Part shown: in pieces, positions 25,169-37,607 of the stretch
How the letters are laid out: each line of letters begins with the position of its first letter
Position numbering within the stretch: the stretch's first letter is position 1
From: Octopus vulgaris
Taxonomy: Eukaryota
Reading direction: 5' to 3'
DNA length: 64,000 bases
Assembly: GCA_951406725.2 (NCBI GenBank)
Contig: OX597834.1
Coordinates: 19,530,001 to 19,594,000 of the forward strand
The notes under the pieces: model-generated
The model's database searches: none
Told to the model about the DNA's origin: nothing
What the model saw: only the letters and a program-made list of their open reading frames with translations
Translations under genes and position numbers: made by a program

Positions 25169-25785
25169 CATGCTGGGCAAAATGCATTGCAGCATTTTGT
25201 CTTTATGATCTGAGTTCAAATTCTATCAACACCCGGTCAACCTTTCCTCCTTTTGTGGTCAATTAAATAAGTACCAGTTACACAGTGGGTTCGATGTAAT
25301 CAACTTACTCCTCCCCACAAATTTCAGGCTTTGTGCCTATAATAGAAAGTATTATTATTGTTATTATTATTACTATTATCATTATCATCATCATTATTAT
25401 TGTTATTATTATAAGTTTATAATATCATTGTTATTATTATAAAATTATATTATAATATTATTGTTATTATTATAAATTTATAATCCATGCTGACATGGAT
25501 TGATTCAAGAGGATCCAATGGATTGGAAGACCAATTCTTACTCCAGTATCTCAGTTTTAGTATGGTTTTATGGCCTGTTGGCTTTCTTAATGCTATGCTT
25601 GTTACAGAGTGTACTGGATGCTTTTCTGTGGCACCAACACTAGTGAGGTCACCTTTTAGCTCATAAGACGAAAGTGCATCCCTGACTAAGAAGGTGAATA
25701 GTAGAGAGGGAGGTGGCTTTATGGGTGATGTATTCGGGGTTAAAGTATGATGATTATGATTTGATTAACTCATCAGTCATTGTTG

Positions 25786-26160
25786 ATGATGATGACCAAA
25801 GCTGCATGCTCGGAAGGCTCTGCCACAGACTGGACATTAGTGATCTGCAGTGACTGTAGGCAAGTTGTTATCTCTGGGCTTGCTCAGTTCACATTTTCAT
25901 TGTGCCCCTGCAATCCTGTTCTGTTCGTAGGAGTTGGTACCTCTGTTGGTTCAGCTTTGCCAGGCTGGCTTGTCTTGTCCTTGTGTTTCCCCAGTGTTGG
26001 GGTTGATTTGAAAGCCCTTCAGTGAGGCACCTTGCATGTGCTTGCCTTCAGCCAGTTCACTGTAAAACAGTCTCTTGGGGGAGTCACATGTCATTCAAAG
26101 TGGTGGCCTACCCATCTGACTTTGCACTCTCCTCAGCAGTGTGCAAATGCTTGGCAGATA
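25786..26160 (-). mobile_element. RTE-clade LINE 3' fragment (pseudogenised)
   Basis: Minus strand LPSICTLLRRVQ/VRWVGH...LPKRLFYSELAEGK...DKPAW...CPVCGRAFRA, then a (CAT)n tail. This is the typical RTE C-terminus with a terminal CxxC. Confidence 0.8.
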
Positions 26161-26789
26161 AGCTCAAGAGAATTGACAGGAACAGGCATGTTGACATGAA
26201 GGATACTAAAGGCTGATCTGCATTATACATGAGTGGATGAATGTGGATGGAGTGAAGTTGGAAAGAGAGATAAAGTTTTAATTGATGGACAAATCTTTAA
26301 TGTTGAAATAATTTGCCTTAATTAAGTTCTCTTAAACAGTTTTTGTTAAGTGAATAATTACCAATTCATTTACCTCAGCAAAATTTCTAAAATGATCTTA
26401 AAGTGACTTTACATTCAAAAACAATATCATTTCTTCAATAAATATCTTTTTAAATGACTCCAGTTAAATGACCTTACAAATTAATTTTCTGATCTCAAAT
26501 GACCTCATTTAATTAATTACAGTAGACAGATGTCTTAAACTAGCCCTCTCTTTATGCTTATTTTCTGACGTGACATATTCTGTAATAGCCCTCTTAAAAG
26601 TTTATGTGTCTAAATATTTCAAATGAATTACTTCTCATACTGACAGAGGGAAAATAATTAAGCTAGTCGTTTATTTTTTTTTAGCCTTGTTTTTTTTTTT
26701 CTTTTGTTTAATAGAATGGAGCATTCATTAACAATATTTATATCTGTCCATTATTAAATGTCATTTATATGCAATATATTTTCTAATCA

Positions 26790-27370
26790 GGGGCAGTGAG
26801 CTGGCAGAATCGTTAGCATGCTAGGTGAAATGCTTGGCAGTATTTTGCCTGGCATTACATTATGAGTTCAAATTCCGCTGAGATCAACTTTGCCTTTCAT
26901 CCTTTCGGGGTCGATAAATTAAGTACCAGTAAAACACCGGGTCAATGTAATCGATTATCACCCTCCAGCAAATTTCAGGCCTTGTACCTATAGTAGAAAG
27001 GATCATTATTATTATTTATTTGTATATTTATTTATTTTTGTTGCTTTGCATAATTAATCTAGGCCCTGGAACATAAAAGAAGGTTCGTAATTATAATGAA
27101 AAAGTTTCATTTAATTATAACTACCTGAAATATGAATATAACTCTGTCATAGAACAGAGGCAGGTGGGTTTCAAACTGGTTATGTGTAAGTTTTCAAGGT
27201 AACGAGCTGGTAGAAACGTTAGCACTCCAAGCAAAATACTTAATGGTATTTCATCTGTCTTTACATTCTGAGTTCAAATTCTGCCGAGGTCGACTCTGAC
27301 TTTCATCCTTTCGGGGTCGTTAAATTAAGTACCAGTTGCATACTAGGGTCGATCTAATCGACTGGCCCCT
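26790..27370 (+). mobile_element. Two SINE family B copies (26790-27005 and 27196-27370)
   Basis: GAGCTGGCAGAATCGTTAGC...CCTTTCGGGGTCGATAAATTAAGTACCAG. Confidence 0.8.
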
Positions 27371-27545
27371 CCAGAAAGTAAAGGTATCCAGGCATAAAAC
27401 AATGCTACATGAATTTCTTCATCTCACCCATGCTAGAATAGTAAAAAAAAAAGGACTTAACATGTTAACCCCCATGGCCTGTTACTGGAATTTACTGGTG
27501 AAGCCTCATACTTCTAGTCTTCTGGTCACATTGCATACCTTTTAA

Positions 27546-27780
27546 GCAATGTTGGGGGGACAAACACAGACACACAAACGTGTACACACACATATACATA
27601 TATATACATATATACGATGGGCTTCTTTCAGTTTTCATCCACCAAATCCACTCACAAGGCTTTGGTTGGCCCCAGGCTATATAGTAGAAGACACTTGCCC
27701 AAGGTGCCACGCAGTGGGACTGAACCCGGAACCATGTGGTTCGTAAGCAAGGTACTTACCACACAGCCACTCCTACACCT
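27546..27780 (-). mobile_element. SINE family A, 5' half
   Basis: Reverse complement of the A/B-box head. Confidence 0.8.
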
Positions 27781-28103
27781 TTATGTGACATCACATGAAC
27801 CAGCTTCATTGTGCTTTAGGGATAAGCATGAAAGAACAGGAGACTAAAAGAGCAAAGTAACCATTAAATAAACCAGCAGAAAAGCAATGAGGATCCACTG
27901 CTGTTTCTTTTGCAAGAAAAAAATCTATAAGTCTTCAGACTTTAGCAAGGAAGCAATGCTGTCTTACCGAATAGGCACATTAGGGAAGTTCCTCAGGGGC
28001 TCCACAGATGCTGTGGCTTACTGTTTAGAAATAAATATATATTACGGAGATGTACTTGCATAGCAAGTGATTTGATCTGAGAGCGTGTGTTGAAACGAAA
28101 ACA

Positions 28104-28250
28104 ATTGCAGTATGGAAGGTGTTTGTAAGCCATTTAAGAAACTCACATAAGCCGTTTGATTCACTTCAACATTTAAGTTTAATTTGTCAAAATATTTTCG
28201 TTGCTTTAAGACCACGACCTGTTCACTGACAAAAATCCATGCTGCATCAA
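28104..28250 (-). mobile_element. Short element, family H3, nested in a degenerate MITE (~27955-28323)
   Basis: Homolog of 19413-19540. Short inverted ends TGCAGTATGGA / TCCATGCTGCA. Confidence 0.7.
28183..28233 (-). ncRNA. Type I hammerhead ribozyme-like motif with compensatory G3-C8 core
   Basis: tttgtca-GTGAACA-G-gtcgt(ggtcttaaa)gcaac-GAA-AATATT-T-tgacaaa: 7-bp stem I and palindromic stem III. Confidence 0.65.
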
Positions 28251-28415
28251 TAAATAAATAAATATTATAGGGCCCAGTTCTTTGATTCATCTGAGGGCAT
28301 ATGCTACTGCAAGGACAGCCCTGTATGGGAGATTTTTATCTGCTTCTGCCTGTACACACGACATATGAAAAAAAAAAATGAATCTGGATGTATGTGTGTG
28401 TGTGTGTGTGTGATT

Positions 28416-28619
28416 ACTCTTTTACTTATTTCAGTCATTTGACTGTGGCCATTGCTGGAGCACCGCCTTTAGTCGAGCAAATCGACCCCGGGACTTATTC
28501 TTTGTAAGCCCAGTACTTATTTTAACGGTCTATTTTGCCGAACCGCTAAGTGACGGGGGACATAAACACACCAGCATCGATTGTCAAGCAATGCTAGCGG
28601 GACAAACACAGGCACACAA

Positions 28620-28654
<35 letters not shown>

Positions 28655-28827
28655 CATATATACGACAGGCTTCTTTCAGTTTCCGTCTACCAAATCCACT
28701 CACAAGGCATAGGTCGGCCCGGGGCTATAGCAGAAGACACTTGCCCAAGATGCCACGCAGTGGGACTGAACCCGGAACCATGTGGTTGGTTAACAAGCTA
28801 CTTACCACACAGCCACTCCTGCGCCTA
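28416..28827 (-). mobile_element. SINE family A, full length, well preserved
   Basis: Near-consensus reverse complement with CpGs retained. Confidence 0.9.
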
Positions 28828-29253
28828 TTGGTTGGTGCTTTTTAGTGCTTCTTCTTATTTAGATACAAACTGAACTATCTATTTCTATCATCATAGTTTT
28901 ATTATATGCTGTCTCAGTGCAGTTCTTCAACTTCCAAATTATTCCATATTCCTCATAGTCAAAACATTCTGTTTATCTTTAACCCTCCTTCTATGGAGGA
29001 ATGATGTTGGCTACTTGTTTTTTTTTTTGGTGTTTTTTTTTTGTTGATCTTATTGTTTTTCTTCTTTTGTCTTTATGACTCACTTAAAATTTCATTCATC
29101 TTGAAGGAGAACGGTTTGTCATGAGATGAGAACTGGACAAAGATGTATTCTGTTTGATGTCTAATCTCTCTTTCTCTCCCTCATCCTTGCCACATATATA
29201 GATACATACATACATGTATGTATATAAGCACACACATATATATAAATATGTAT

Positions 29254-29300
<47 letters not shown>

Positions 29301-29744
29301 GACACACACACATGCAGACACACACATACACACACACAGACACACACACACACACACATGCAGACACACACACACAGACACACACACAGAGACACACACA
29401 CACGCAGTTCCTGTGTTGTGTGTTCTTATTTCCTTCTTTGTTGCCACATGAATAATTGCAAAGTTAAATAGCTGAAACGAGTTTTTCATGTATCACTCTT
29501 AAAGAAACCGTTTATGTAACCCCACCACCACTGCCCACCACCGTCCACTCTCTTATGTTCTAGTCATGGAATTAGGAAGTCTTGTGAAAAACCATATGAT
29601 CTGTTTTCCACTTCTTACAAGACTTTTGATCTCTCACTTTCTCAGTTGTTACCTTATAATATGTCCTTTTGTACAAGTTGATAACTAACGATTCTTAAGC
29701 TGTCGTTTGTCTGTTTTTTGTCTGAATTTACTCTGTGTGTGTAG

Positions 29745-29798
29745 GTGACAGGGAATTGATACGTCTCTTTCAGAAAAGAAAGTCTTGGAACTATGATG
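29745..29798 (+). CDS. Weak candidate internal exon (GDRELIRLFQKRKSWNYD), gene unknown
   Basis: T-rich tract plus TAG acceptor, G|GTAACT donor, 54 nt, phase 1-1, in non-repetitive sequence. No homology recognised. Confidence 0.2.
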
Positions 29799-30573
29799 GT
29801 AACTTGAAGAATATTGGAGCCACAGAAAGATGCACCTGATCCTGCTTGTAACATTTGTAAGAGCCAGGGCTCCATTTCATGCTGTCTATATAATTCACTG
29901 GTGATAATATATGCATACATGTATACATACATATTATATACGTGTATATATATATATATATATATATACTATACATATATACTAATACAATTGTTTGTTT
30001 GTTTTCCACCTGCCTTCGCCTTTTGTCTATTTTCATAAAGCTTCCCGTTATATATATATATATACACACACATACTCACACACACACACATATATATATA
30101 AAAATATACATGTATATAGCTATAGTAGTTGTGTTTTTTTTTTTTCATTTTTATTTACCCTCATTCACTCCTTACAATCTAATTTACTAGAATGCAATAG
30201 CATAAAGCACCTGCCGCATTTCATATCAATAATGGTTAGAGAGGAATGCAACTAAAGTGACTATGTTGATTTTTTTAATTTGAATTGTAGGTGTTACATT
30301 GTGACTCTGTGATCTTAGAATAATGGTTGAGAATCATTAAGGCGGCATTCATTGGTTGACAATGTGAAACCTCCAGGGATAATCTTCAGATATTAATAAA
30401 GGATAGACATAAAGCTGCATTTCTAAGTCATGAAGTGGTTTGCAGACCAACAAGGATATCTGATAGGATTGTAAGATTTCAGATTCAGATAGGGATTATT
30501 GGAGAATGGGTGGGTGGGTGGGGGGGGGGACACTGGAAAGGTAGTTTTAGAAACTATTCCTACCATTCTTTTA

Positions 30574-30757
30574 TTCTTTTATCTTTGTATTTGTTTCAGT
30601 CATTTGACTGTGGCCATGCTGGAGCACTGCCTTTACTTGAAAAAATCGCCCCCAGGACTTATTTTTTTCTAAGCCGAGTATTTATTCTATTGGTCTCCTT
30701 TGCTGAATCACTAAGATCTGGGGATGTAAAGATACCAACATCGGTTGTCAAGTGATG
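30574..30757 (-). mobile_element. SINE family A, 3' half
   Basis: TTTCAGTCATTTGACTGTGGCCATGCTGGAGCAC...CATCGGTTGTCAAG. Confidence 0.8.
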
Positions 30758-30764
30758 GACAATT

Positions 30765-31480
30765 TCTTAACTTCTTCCCATCAGATATGTAGACCTTGAG
30801 AAGGCTTAGTGTTCGTCAGTTTACTAGAGATGTGGATTGTTAACAAACCAACATGTTTCTCCTTGTATCTTTGTGTTGTTCTCCTTGAGGCCTTCTGCTA
30901 AGCAATGAGTGTCTGGCTCAGTCAGCATGGTCTGCAGTTGGTCAGTGCTTTTGGCAATGAGTACAATGTCTTCTACAAATTGGGTGTGGCTCAGTAGCTC
31001 ACCAATGATGCACTCAAAGTAAAGCTGTTCAACTGTCCCCAGGACAGTTTCTTCAATGGTTCTGTCCTGCCTGTGCTCTTATACATAAGTGAGACTTGGG
31101 CTGCTATGAAGAGAGAAGAACATCAATTGGTGATGATGCAACGGTCCTTGGAAAGATCCAAGTAAGGATTATCATTGCCAGAGCATATCCTAAAGGAGGT
31201 AATTTCAGAACGGAGAAGTGTGAATGACACAATTGCAGAACACAGAAAGCATATGTTCTGCTGGACTGGACATGTCACAGAATTTACAGACAACAGGTGG
31301 ATCCATGCAGTTGTTGAGTGATGTCCATGATATTGGCAAAGGCCATCCAGAAGTCGTCCATGATGAAGGGAAGACAATTTAGTTAAACATTTTGAACTGA
31401 GATGGAAGCAATGGGTGCAATCGAGAAAGAGTTGAAAGCACATTGTGATCAGTGGTGTATAACCACATCTAATAGTCTGG
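30765..31480. mobile_element. RTE-clade LINE remnant with an inverted 5' segment
   Basis: Minus 31012-30790 reads IIGELLSHTQFVEDIVLIAKSTDQLQTMLTE (FADD region). Plus 31045-31440 reads VLPVLLYISETW...QRSLER...WTGHV..FTDNRW. Confidence 0.75.
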
Positions 31481-32900
31481 TTACAAGAGGTGATACAGAT
31501 CATTATTGTCATTGTTATTATTATTAGGGTGGTGTTGCAGAATGGTAGAGGGCCTTGTAGTATTTAGTTACATCTCTTAACACTCTGAATTGAAATCCTT
31601 CCAGAATTAACTTAGCCTTTGATCCCTCTCAGATAAATTAAGTACCAGTCATAGCAGAATTGATTCAATTGGCCGAGCATCTTCTCTAATAATTTGTGAC
31701 CTTATGCTGACATGAGAAATCAATATTTAATGAATTAGGGGATTTGTGGGTAATCTTGGTTTGGTGAATTTTATGATGATTGAGATCAATACAGCATGCA
31801 GCTATGAAGGGAATTGACTGTATTTTCTCTTCGTTTGTCGAACACCTGTTTTATTGAGCATGAAGTTGATATTGGGGGCTGATTCAAAAGCTCTATTAAC
31901 CCTTTTCACAAACACCGATTATTAATGGCTATAGAAATGTTCTCGGCATAAACCTCACTGACAAGAAGAGTAAAAATCCGCCGATAGAACCATGGGGTGA
32001 AGGGAAGGGAAGAGATGTAATTTGAGGTAAACTCCTAGCTAGAAGATTAAATATTTTTTTTTGTTTTCTTCATGCATTGCTCCCTGTTTTAAAAGGGTTA
32101 ATTTGATGTAATAGAACAAACCAAATGAGATTAAATGACTTCATAAAAAACGCTAACATTCAAAGAGACTATTGATTTGAAATATTTGGTCTTCCTTCAT
32201 CATATTTTTCATTTAGGAATAAAGAAACAAACTGACAACAACAACAACAACAACAACATTAAAAACAAACAAAAAACAAATGATAGTTGTCTTTAAATGT
32301 TGACTATCTGATTCGTTAATGGCTCCTAGACATAATTATGTGGCTAAATCTCAGTTGGCTATCTCTCAGTTTCCCACCCCTAGCTTTGCATATTTGTTTT
32401 CCTTATCTTTTTATTATCTTGATGATAAAGGGCAATATTTACCTTCGCTAAATCCATTACTAAAAGGAAATTGCCTTTTTTTTTTATTTACCAAGTAATT
32501 ATCAAGCCTGAAAGTGAAAGAAACTCTAATAGATTAATTGTTTTACGTATTATTATCGACTCTCAGAAAACCCAAGCTAATAATCATTTGTGTGGGTTTT
32601 AATATGATTTCTTTACATATAATATCTGCAAAGACTTTCATGTTTTCTCTCATTATTTTGACATTAAGGCGATGAGCTGGCAGAACTGTTAGCATGCTGG
32701 ATGAAATGCTTAGCCGTTATATCCCCTGTCACTACATTCTGAGTTCAAATTCCACTGAGGTCAACTTTGATTAGTGAAAGCGAAACCAGTTGACAAAAAC
32801 AATACAAAATATATTTTTAAAATATATTAAAACTATGTAAAGTGTGTGCATTTTCCTTCTTTAATTTCATATATATATATACATATATATATATACATAC

Positions 32901-32937
<37 letters not shown>

Positions 32938-32956
32938 CGTACCTATATAAATATAT

Positions 32957-33190
32957 TGTGTGTGCCTTTGTGTCTGTATTTCTGTATTTGTTCCCCATCA
33001 CCACTTGACAGCTGGTGTTGGTGTGTTTACATCCCCATAACTTAGTGGTTCAGCAAAAGCGATTGATAGAATAAGTACCAGGCTTTAAAGAAAAATAAGT
33101 GCTGTGGTCAATTAATTCAACTAATAATTCTTCATGGCAGTGCCCCAGCATGGCCACACTCAGGTACCTGAAACAAGGACAACATAAAAG
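32957..33190 (+). mobile_element. SINE family A, 3' half
   Basis: CACTTGACAGCTGGTGTTGGTGTGTTTACATCCCC...CCCCAGCATGGCCAC. Confidence 0.75.
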
Positions 33191-33566
33191 ACAAATACAG
33201 AGCATTTTAAAAGAAATCTGGGCAGAAAAGGGTTAAGTGATAATCCTGACTAACCAACTACACCAGAACCCTTCTCTGCCAAAAGAAAAACAAATGAAAC
33301 ATAAAAAAAAATTAGAAAACCTAATAACGTAAAGCAAATATCATTGAACAGTAATCCAAGAGTGAGTATTTGATATTTGCTGTTCCAATTAGCCATATGG
33401 ACATTAGGGAGAGATAAAGAATATTTGCCAATATTACCATAGAATAACTTGTTGAACATATCTTTTGTTTTTCATCATTTATCATTTACTTGTTTTAGAC
33501 ATCAGACTGTAGTCATGTTGGGGCACTGCCTTTAAAGAATTTTTAGGAGAATAAATCGACCCCAGT

Positions 33567-33628
<62 letters not shown>

Positions 33629-33634
<6 letters not shown>

Positions 33635-33888
33635 CGTAGGATAAGATTTTTTTCGGGAAAAAAATTTTATCAATGGCCAGCATATCAAAAAATACCTTTA
33701 AAGGTTAAATTTATAAATAATTTACAAAATAAGGGCAAAAGAAAAATTCTAATGCCAAATATGCTGAAAAAATGACAAAATTGTCAATAACTATTATAAT
33801 TTATGCGTCGAGATGCGTTATTGACAATTTTGTCGTTTTTTCGGCATATTTGGCATTAGAATTTTTCTTTTACCTTTATTTTGTAAAT

Positions 33889-33891
<3 letters not shown>
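33629..33891. mobile_element. (TA)n-inserted element, family P, with a ~74-bp inverted duplication (Penelope-like geometry)
   Basis: 33717-33791 is inverted at 33817-33891. Homologous to the tandem copies at 52651-53128. Confidence 0.8.
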
Positions 33892-33939
<48 letters not shown>

Positions 33940-33940
<1 letters not shown>

Positions 33941-34198
33941 AAGGTGTGTGGCCTAGTGGTTACTTTGCTACAGTTACGATCGCTAGATCGTGGGTTCGAT
34001 ACCTTGACTGGGTGGCACATTGTGTTCTTGAGCAAGACACTCCATTTCACATTGCTCCAGTCCTCCTTCAGTCAGTGAGGAATGTTGGTCTGCTCACCTA
34101 GCCAGTGGGCTGGCATCATTTGAAGGCTAAAACAATGCAAAAACGCATTGTGACCAGCGGTGTATAACAACATCTGACAGCCAAGTCGGTCACATGAT
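33940..34198 (+). mobile_element. tRNA-derived CORE-type SINE (family D)
   Basis: TGGCCTAGTGG A box, GGGTTCGATACC B box, GTGTTCTTGAGCAAGACACT core. Its 3' part is also at 9700-9786 (minus), and heads occur at 34888-35003 and 57285-57400. Confidence 0.8.
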
Positions 34199-35134
34199 AA
34201 CTTGATATGTCTGTGTGTATACACACACACACACACACACATACCCATGTATTCTAAATAAACATTACAGTGGTACTGACAAAATTGAGACACATCAGGA
34301 ATGCATAACGATATCGGTTTCATTGACACGGAGAACATTTTCTCTTCTTAAATGTAATAAAAATAAAAGAAAATACCACCGAATATCTCCTGTCTCATCT
34401 GTTTTCTATTGAAGATATCTTTATGAGATGATAGTTTTATACATAAGTAACTAAAACTAAAGGAATTGTCAGTCATATTAAATAATAACTGCTATTAAAA
34501 GGATGGATCCTACCCGTGTAACATTCCTATGAATGATATGGCAACTGACAGGTTAATCAAAAATATCTGACTATAACAAAGTGGATCAGTTTAAACTGAC
34601 TAATTCATCTCTCTCTTTCTTTTCCTCTCTCTCTCTCCCTCGCTCTCTCTCTCTCCTTCACTCTCTCGTTTTCTCTCTCCTTCACTCTCTCGTTCTCTCT
34701 CTCCTTCACTCTCTCGTTCTCTCTCTCCTTCAGAACTATGTGAGAGGGCTCTGAGACAAAAGAGAAAAACAAAGGAAGTGTTCTAACTGAACAGCTTATG
34801 CAATAAATTTGTTTTAAGTGAAGTGAGTTTCTGCAGAGCCTGTTCCAATATTTCCCTTTTAATTGTGTAACCTGAACTGGTGCACAAGAAGGTGAATGGC
34901 TAAGTGGTTGGGGTACTTGGCTCACAATCATGAGGGTGTGAGTTTGATTTCTGGCAGTGTGTTGTGTCTCTTGAGCAAGATACTTTATTTCATGTTGCTC
35001 CAAAGTTTGTATTTTTTCCTCATGTGACCATCTTTCTTTTCCTGCATTCAAAAGGACAGACATTTATTTTTCTCTTTTCTATCTTTTCTCTTTTCAAAAA
35101 AACATGTTTTTTACAGCATTCACTATTTTCCTCT

Positions 35135-35538
35135 TACTCTTTTACTCTTTTACTTGTTTCAGTCATTTGACTGCGGCCATGCTGGAGCACCGCCTTTAGT
35201 CGAGCAAATCGACCCCGGAACTTATTCTTTGTAAGCCCAGTACTTATTCTATTGGTCTCTTTTTGCCGAACCGCTAAGTGACGGGGACGTAAACACACCA
35301 GCATCGGTTGTCAAGTGATGGTGGGGTGACAAACACAGATTCACAAACATATACACACACATACATATATATATACATATATACGACAGGCTTCTTTCAG
35401 TTTCCATCTACCAAATCCACTCACAAGGCATTGGTCGGCCCGAGGCTATAGCAGAAGACACTTGCCCAAGATGCCACACAGTGGGACTGAACCCGGAACC
35501 ATGTGGTTGGTAAGCAAGCTACTTACCACACAGCCACT
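35135..35538 (-). mobile_element. SINE family A, full length
   Basis: Near-consensus reverse complement. Confidence 0.9.
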
Positions 35539-35550
35539 GTTCTTATTTCA

Positions 35551-35765
35551 TATTTCTTTACTACCCACAAGGGGTTAAACATAGAGGGGACAAACAAGGA
35601 CAGACAAAGTGACTAAGTTGATTACATCGACCCCAGTGCGTAATTGGTACTTAATTTATCAACCCTGAAAGGATGAAAGGCAAAGTCGACCTCGATGGAA
35701 TTTCAACTCAGAAAGTAATGGCAGACAAAATACCACTAAGCATTACGCCCAGCGTGTTAACGTTT
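35551..35765 (-). mobile_element. SINE family B
   Basis: Reverse complement of 61919-62148. Confidence 0.85.
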
Positions 35766-35868
35766 CTTGTTCTGGCCTAATAACCCTTGTCCTCTTCATT
35801 TTTTTTCTCATTGTTTATGTACTACATGATATTTGAATGGTTGGTGACATCCTGTACCCATATATGCA

Positions 35869-35909
<41 letters not shown>

Positions 35910-35996
35910 AGAGTTTACGAAAAAAACAAAAGACGAAGACAGGTGGTGTACAAAATAAACAGATGTATTAGTATAACGCTCAGGAATAGAAAAAGT

Positions 35997-36032
35997 CTTT
36001 TACGTTTCGAGCCTACGCTCTTCTACAGAAAG
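35997..36032 (-). ncRNA. Minimal type I hammerhead-like motif in family H2 element (35906-36050)
   Basis: cttt-CTGTAGA-A-gagc(gtag)gctc-GAAA-CG-TA-aaag; A6 is replaced by U. Confidence 0.6.
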
Positions 36033-36586
36033 GGACACAGAAAAAACGTGGATTGTAAGAGTACACTTAATGATATGTAATCCCCCTGTAACACTACGAA
36101 CTATCTGCCATCATGGTTGTGATCTTTAAACTGGTTTGCCCTTGTATTGTTAGTATATTACACATGATACAAGTCTGTGTAAGGGGCTTTTCTGACACTT
36201 TTCCAGGGAAGTATCAGCCTACTCTAATTACTGATAAGTAATTAGACAATTGCTGGGTTCATCTATCATTTTGACAGAGCTAGTGTTGGTTATGTTGGGT
36301 TTCTGTCAACCTTCCTCACAAGGCTAGTGTGGAGGTAGTGGTGGTGGGTCCACTTTAGTTGTTGACGACCTGATCCAGAGCTGGATTAAGACCTATAGAG
36401 GCTCTTAGCACTTAAAAGATTTTGGTGCCCCAATATATATGTAATTCCAAACATAAACAATAATAAACCAAAAAATATATTATTTTCAAATTCAAAACAA
36501 AACTCACAGAAAGAGGGGAAATAATGTTTATTTTTCTATACTTCCGTTTTATATATATTTGAAAAGTTTTCTCCTATTTCGTTTAA

Positions 36587-36820
36587 TACTCTTTTACTCG
36601 TTTACTCTTTTACGTATTTCAGTCATTTGACTGCGGCCATGCTGGAGCACCGCCTTTAATCGAGCAACTCGACCCCGGGACTTATTCTTTTGTAAGCCCA
36701 GTACTTATTCTATCGGTCACTTTTGCCGAACCGCTAAGTAACGGGGACATAAACACACCAGCATCGGTTGTCAAGCAATGCTAGGGGGACAAACACAGAC
36801 ACACAAACACACACATGCAC

Positions 36821-36858
<38 letters not shown>

Positions 36859-37012
36859 GACGGGCTTCTTTCAGTTTCCATCGACTAAATCCACTCACAA
36901 GGCTTTGGTCTGCCCGAGGCTATAGTAGAAGACACTTGCCCAAGGTGCCACACAGTGGGACTGAACCCAGAACCATGTGGTTGGTAAACAAGCTACTTAC
37001 CACACAGCCACA
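36587..37012 (-). mobile_element. SINE family A, full length
   Basis: Near-consensus reverse complement. Confidence 0.9.
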
Positions 37013-37107
37013 CCTTCTTTGTTCAAATCCTGTATATTAATCTTACATAACACATCTGCTTCTATACTTAGTAGAGACAAGGCATTCCGAATATCATTTT
37101 AGCAAGT

Positions 37108-37590
37108 TTAACCCTTTTGTTACCATATTTCTCTTCAGATGTTCTGTGTTTCCTTTCAGTTAATTTTAAATATAACAAAGAATTTAATAAAATAACTTGG
37201 TTATCATTAAGCTAATATTAGGAACATAAATTGTGACTAAGGTTTGGTGGAAGATTTTAATTCAGAACTTTTGAAAACAAGACATTTGTACTACAGGGCC
37301 ATAGTTGGTTTCAAACAGGTTGGTATTAAAAACATTAAGAACTGTTTCTCTATTAGATATTTTTTCCTTTTGCTACCATATTTCTGTTGAGGTGCTCTGT
37401 GTTTCTTTAAATTAATTTTAAATGTAACGAAGAACTTAGTAAAATGACTTAGTTATCACTAAGCTGGTATTAGGAACATAAATTGTGACTAAGGTTTGGT
37501 GGAAGATTTTAATTCAGAACTTTTGAAAACAAGATATTTCTACTACAGAGCCAGAAGCAGTTTCAAGTGGGTTGGTATCAAAGGGGTTGA
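37108..37590. mobile_element. Tandem pair of ~225-bp piggyBac-like MITEs
   Basis: TTAA-CCCTTTTGTTACC left end and GGTATCAAAGGGG-TTGA right end. Copies 37108-37338 and 37365-37590 align throughout. Confidence 0.7.
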
Positions 37591-37607
37591 AGAGATTTCT
37601 TTTGTGC

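Noticed and set aside
31897-32101. piggyBac-like MITE bounded by TTAACCCTTTT / AAAAGGGTTAA
   Set aside because: Only an 11-bp AT-rich IR and no second copy in the window.
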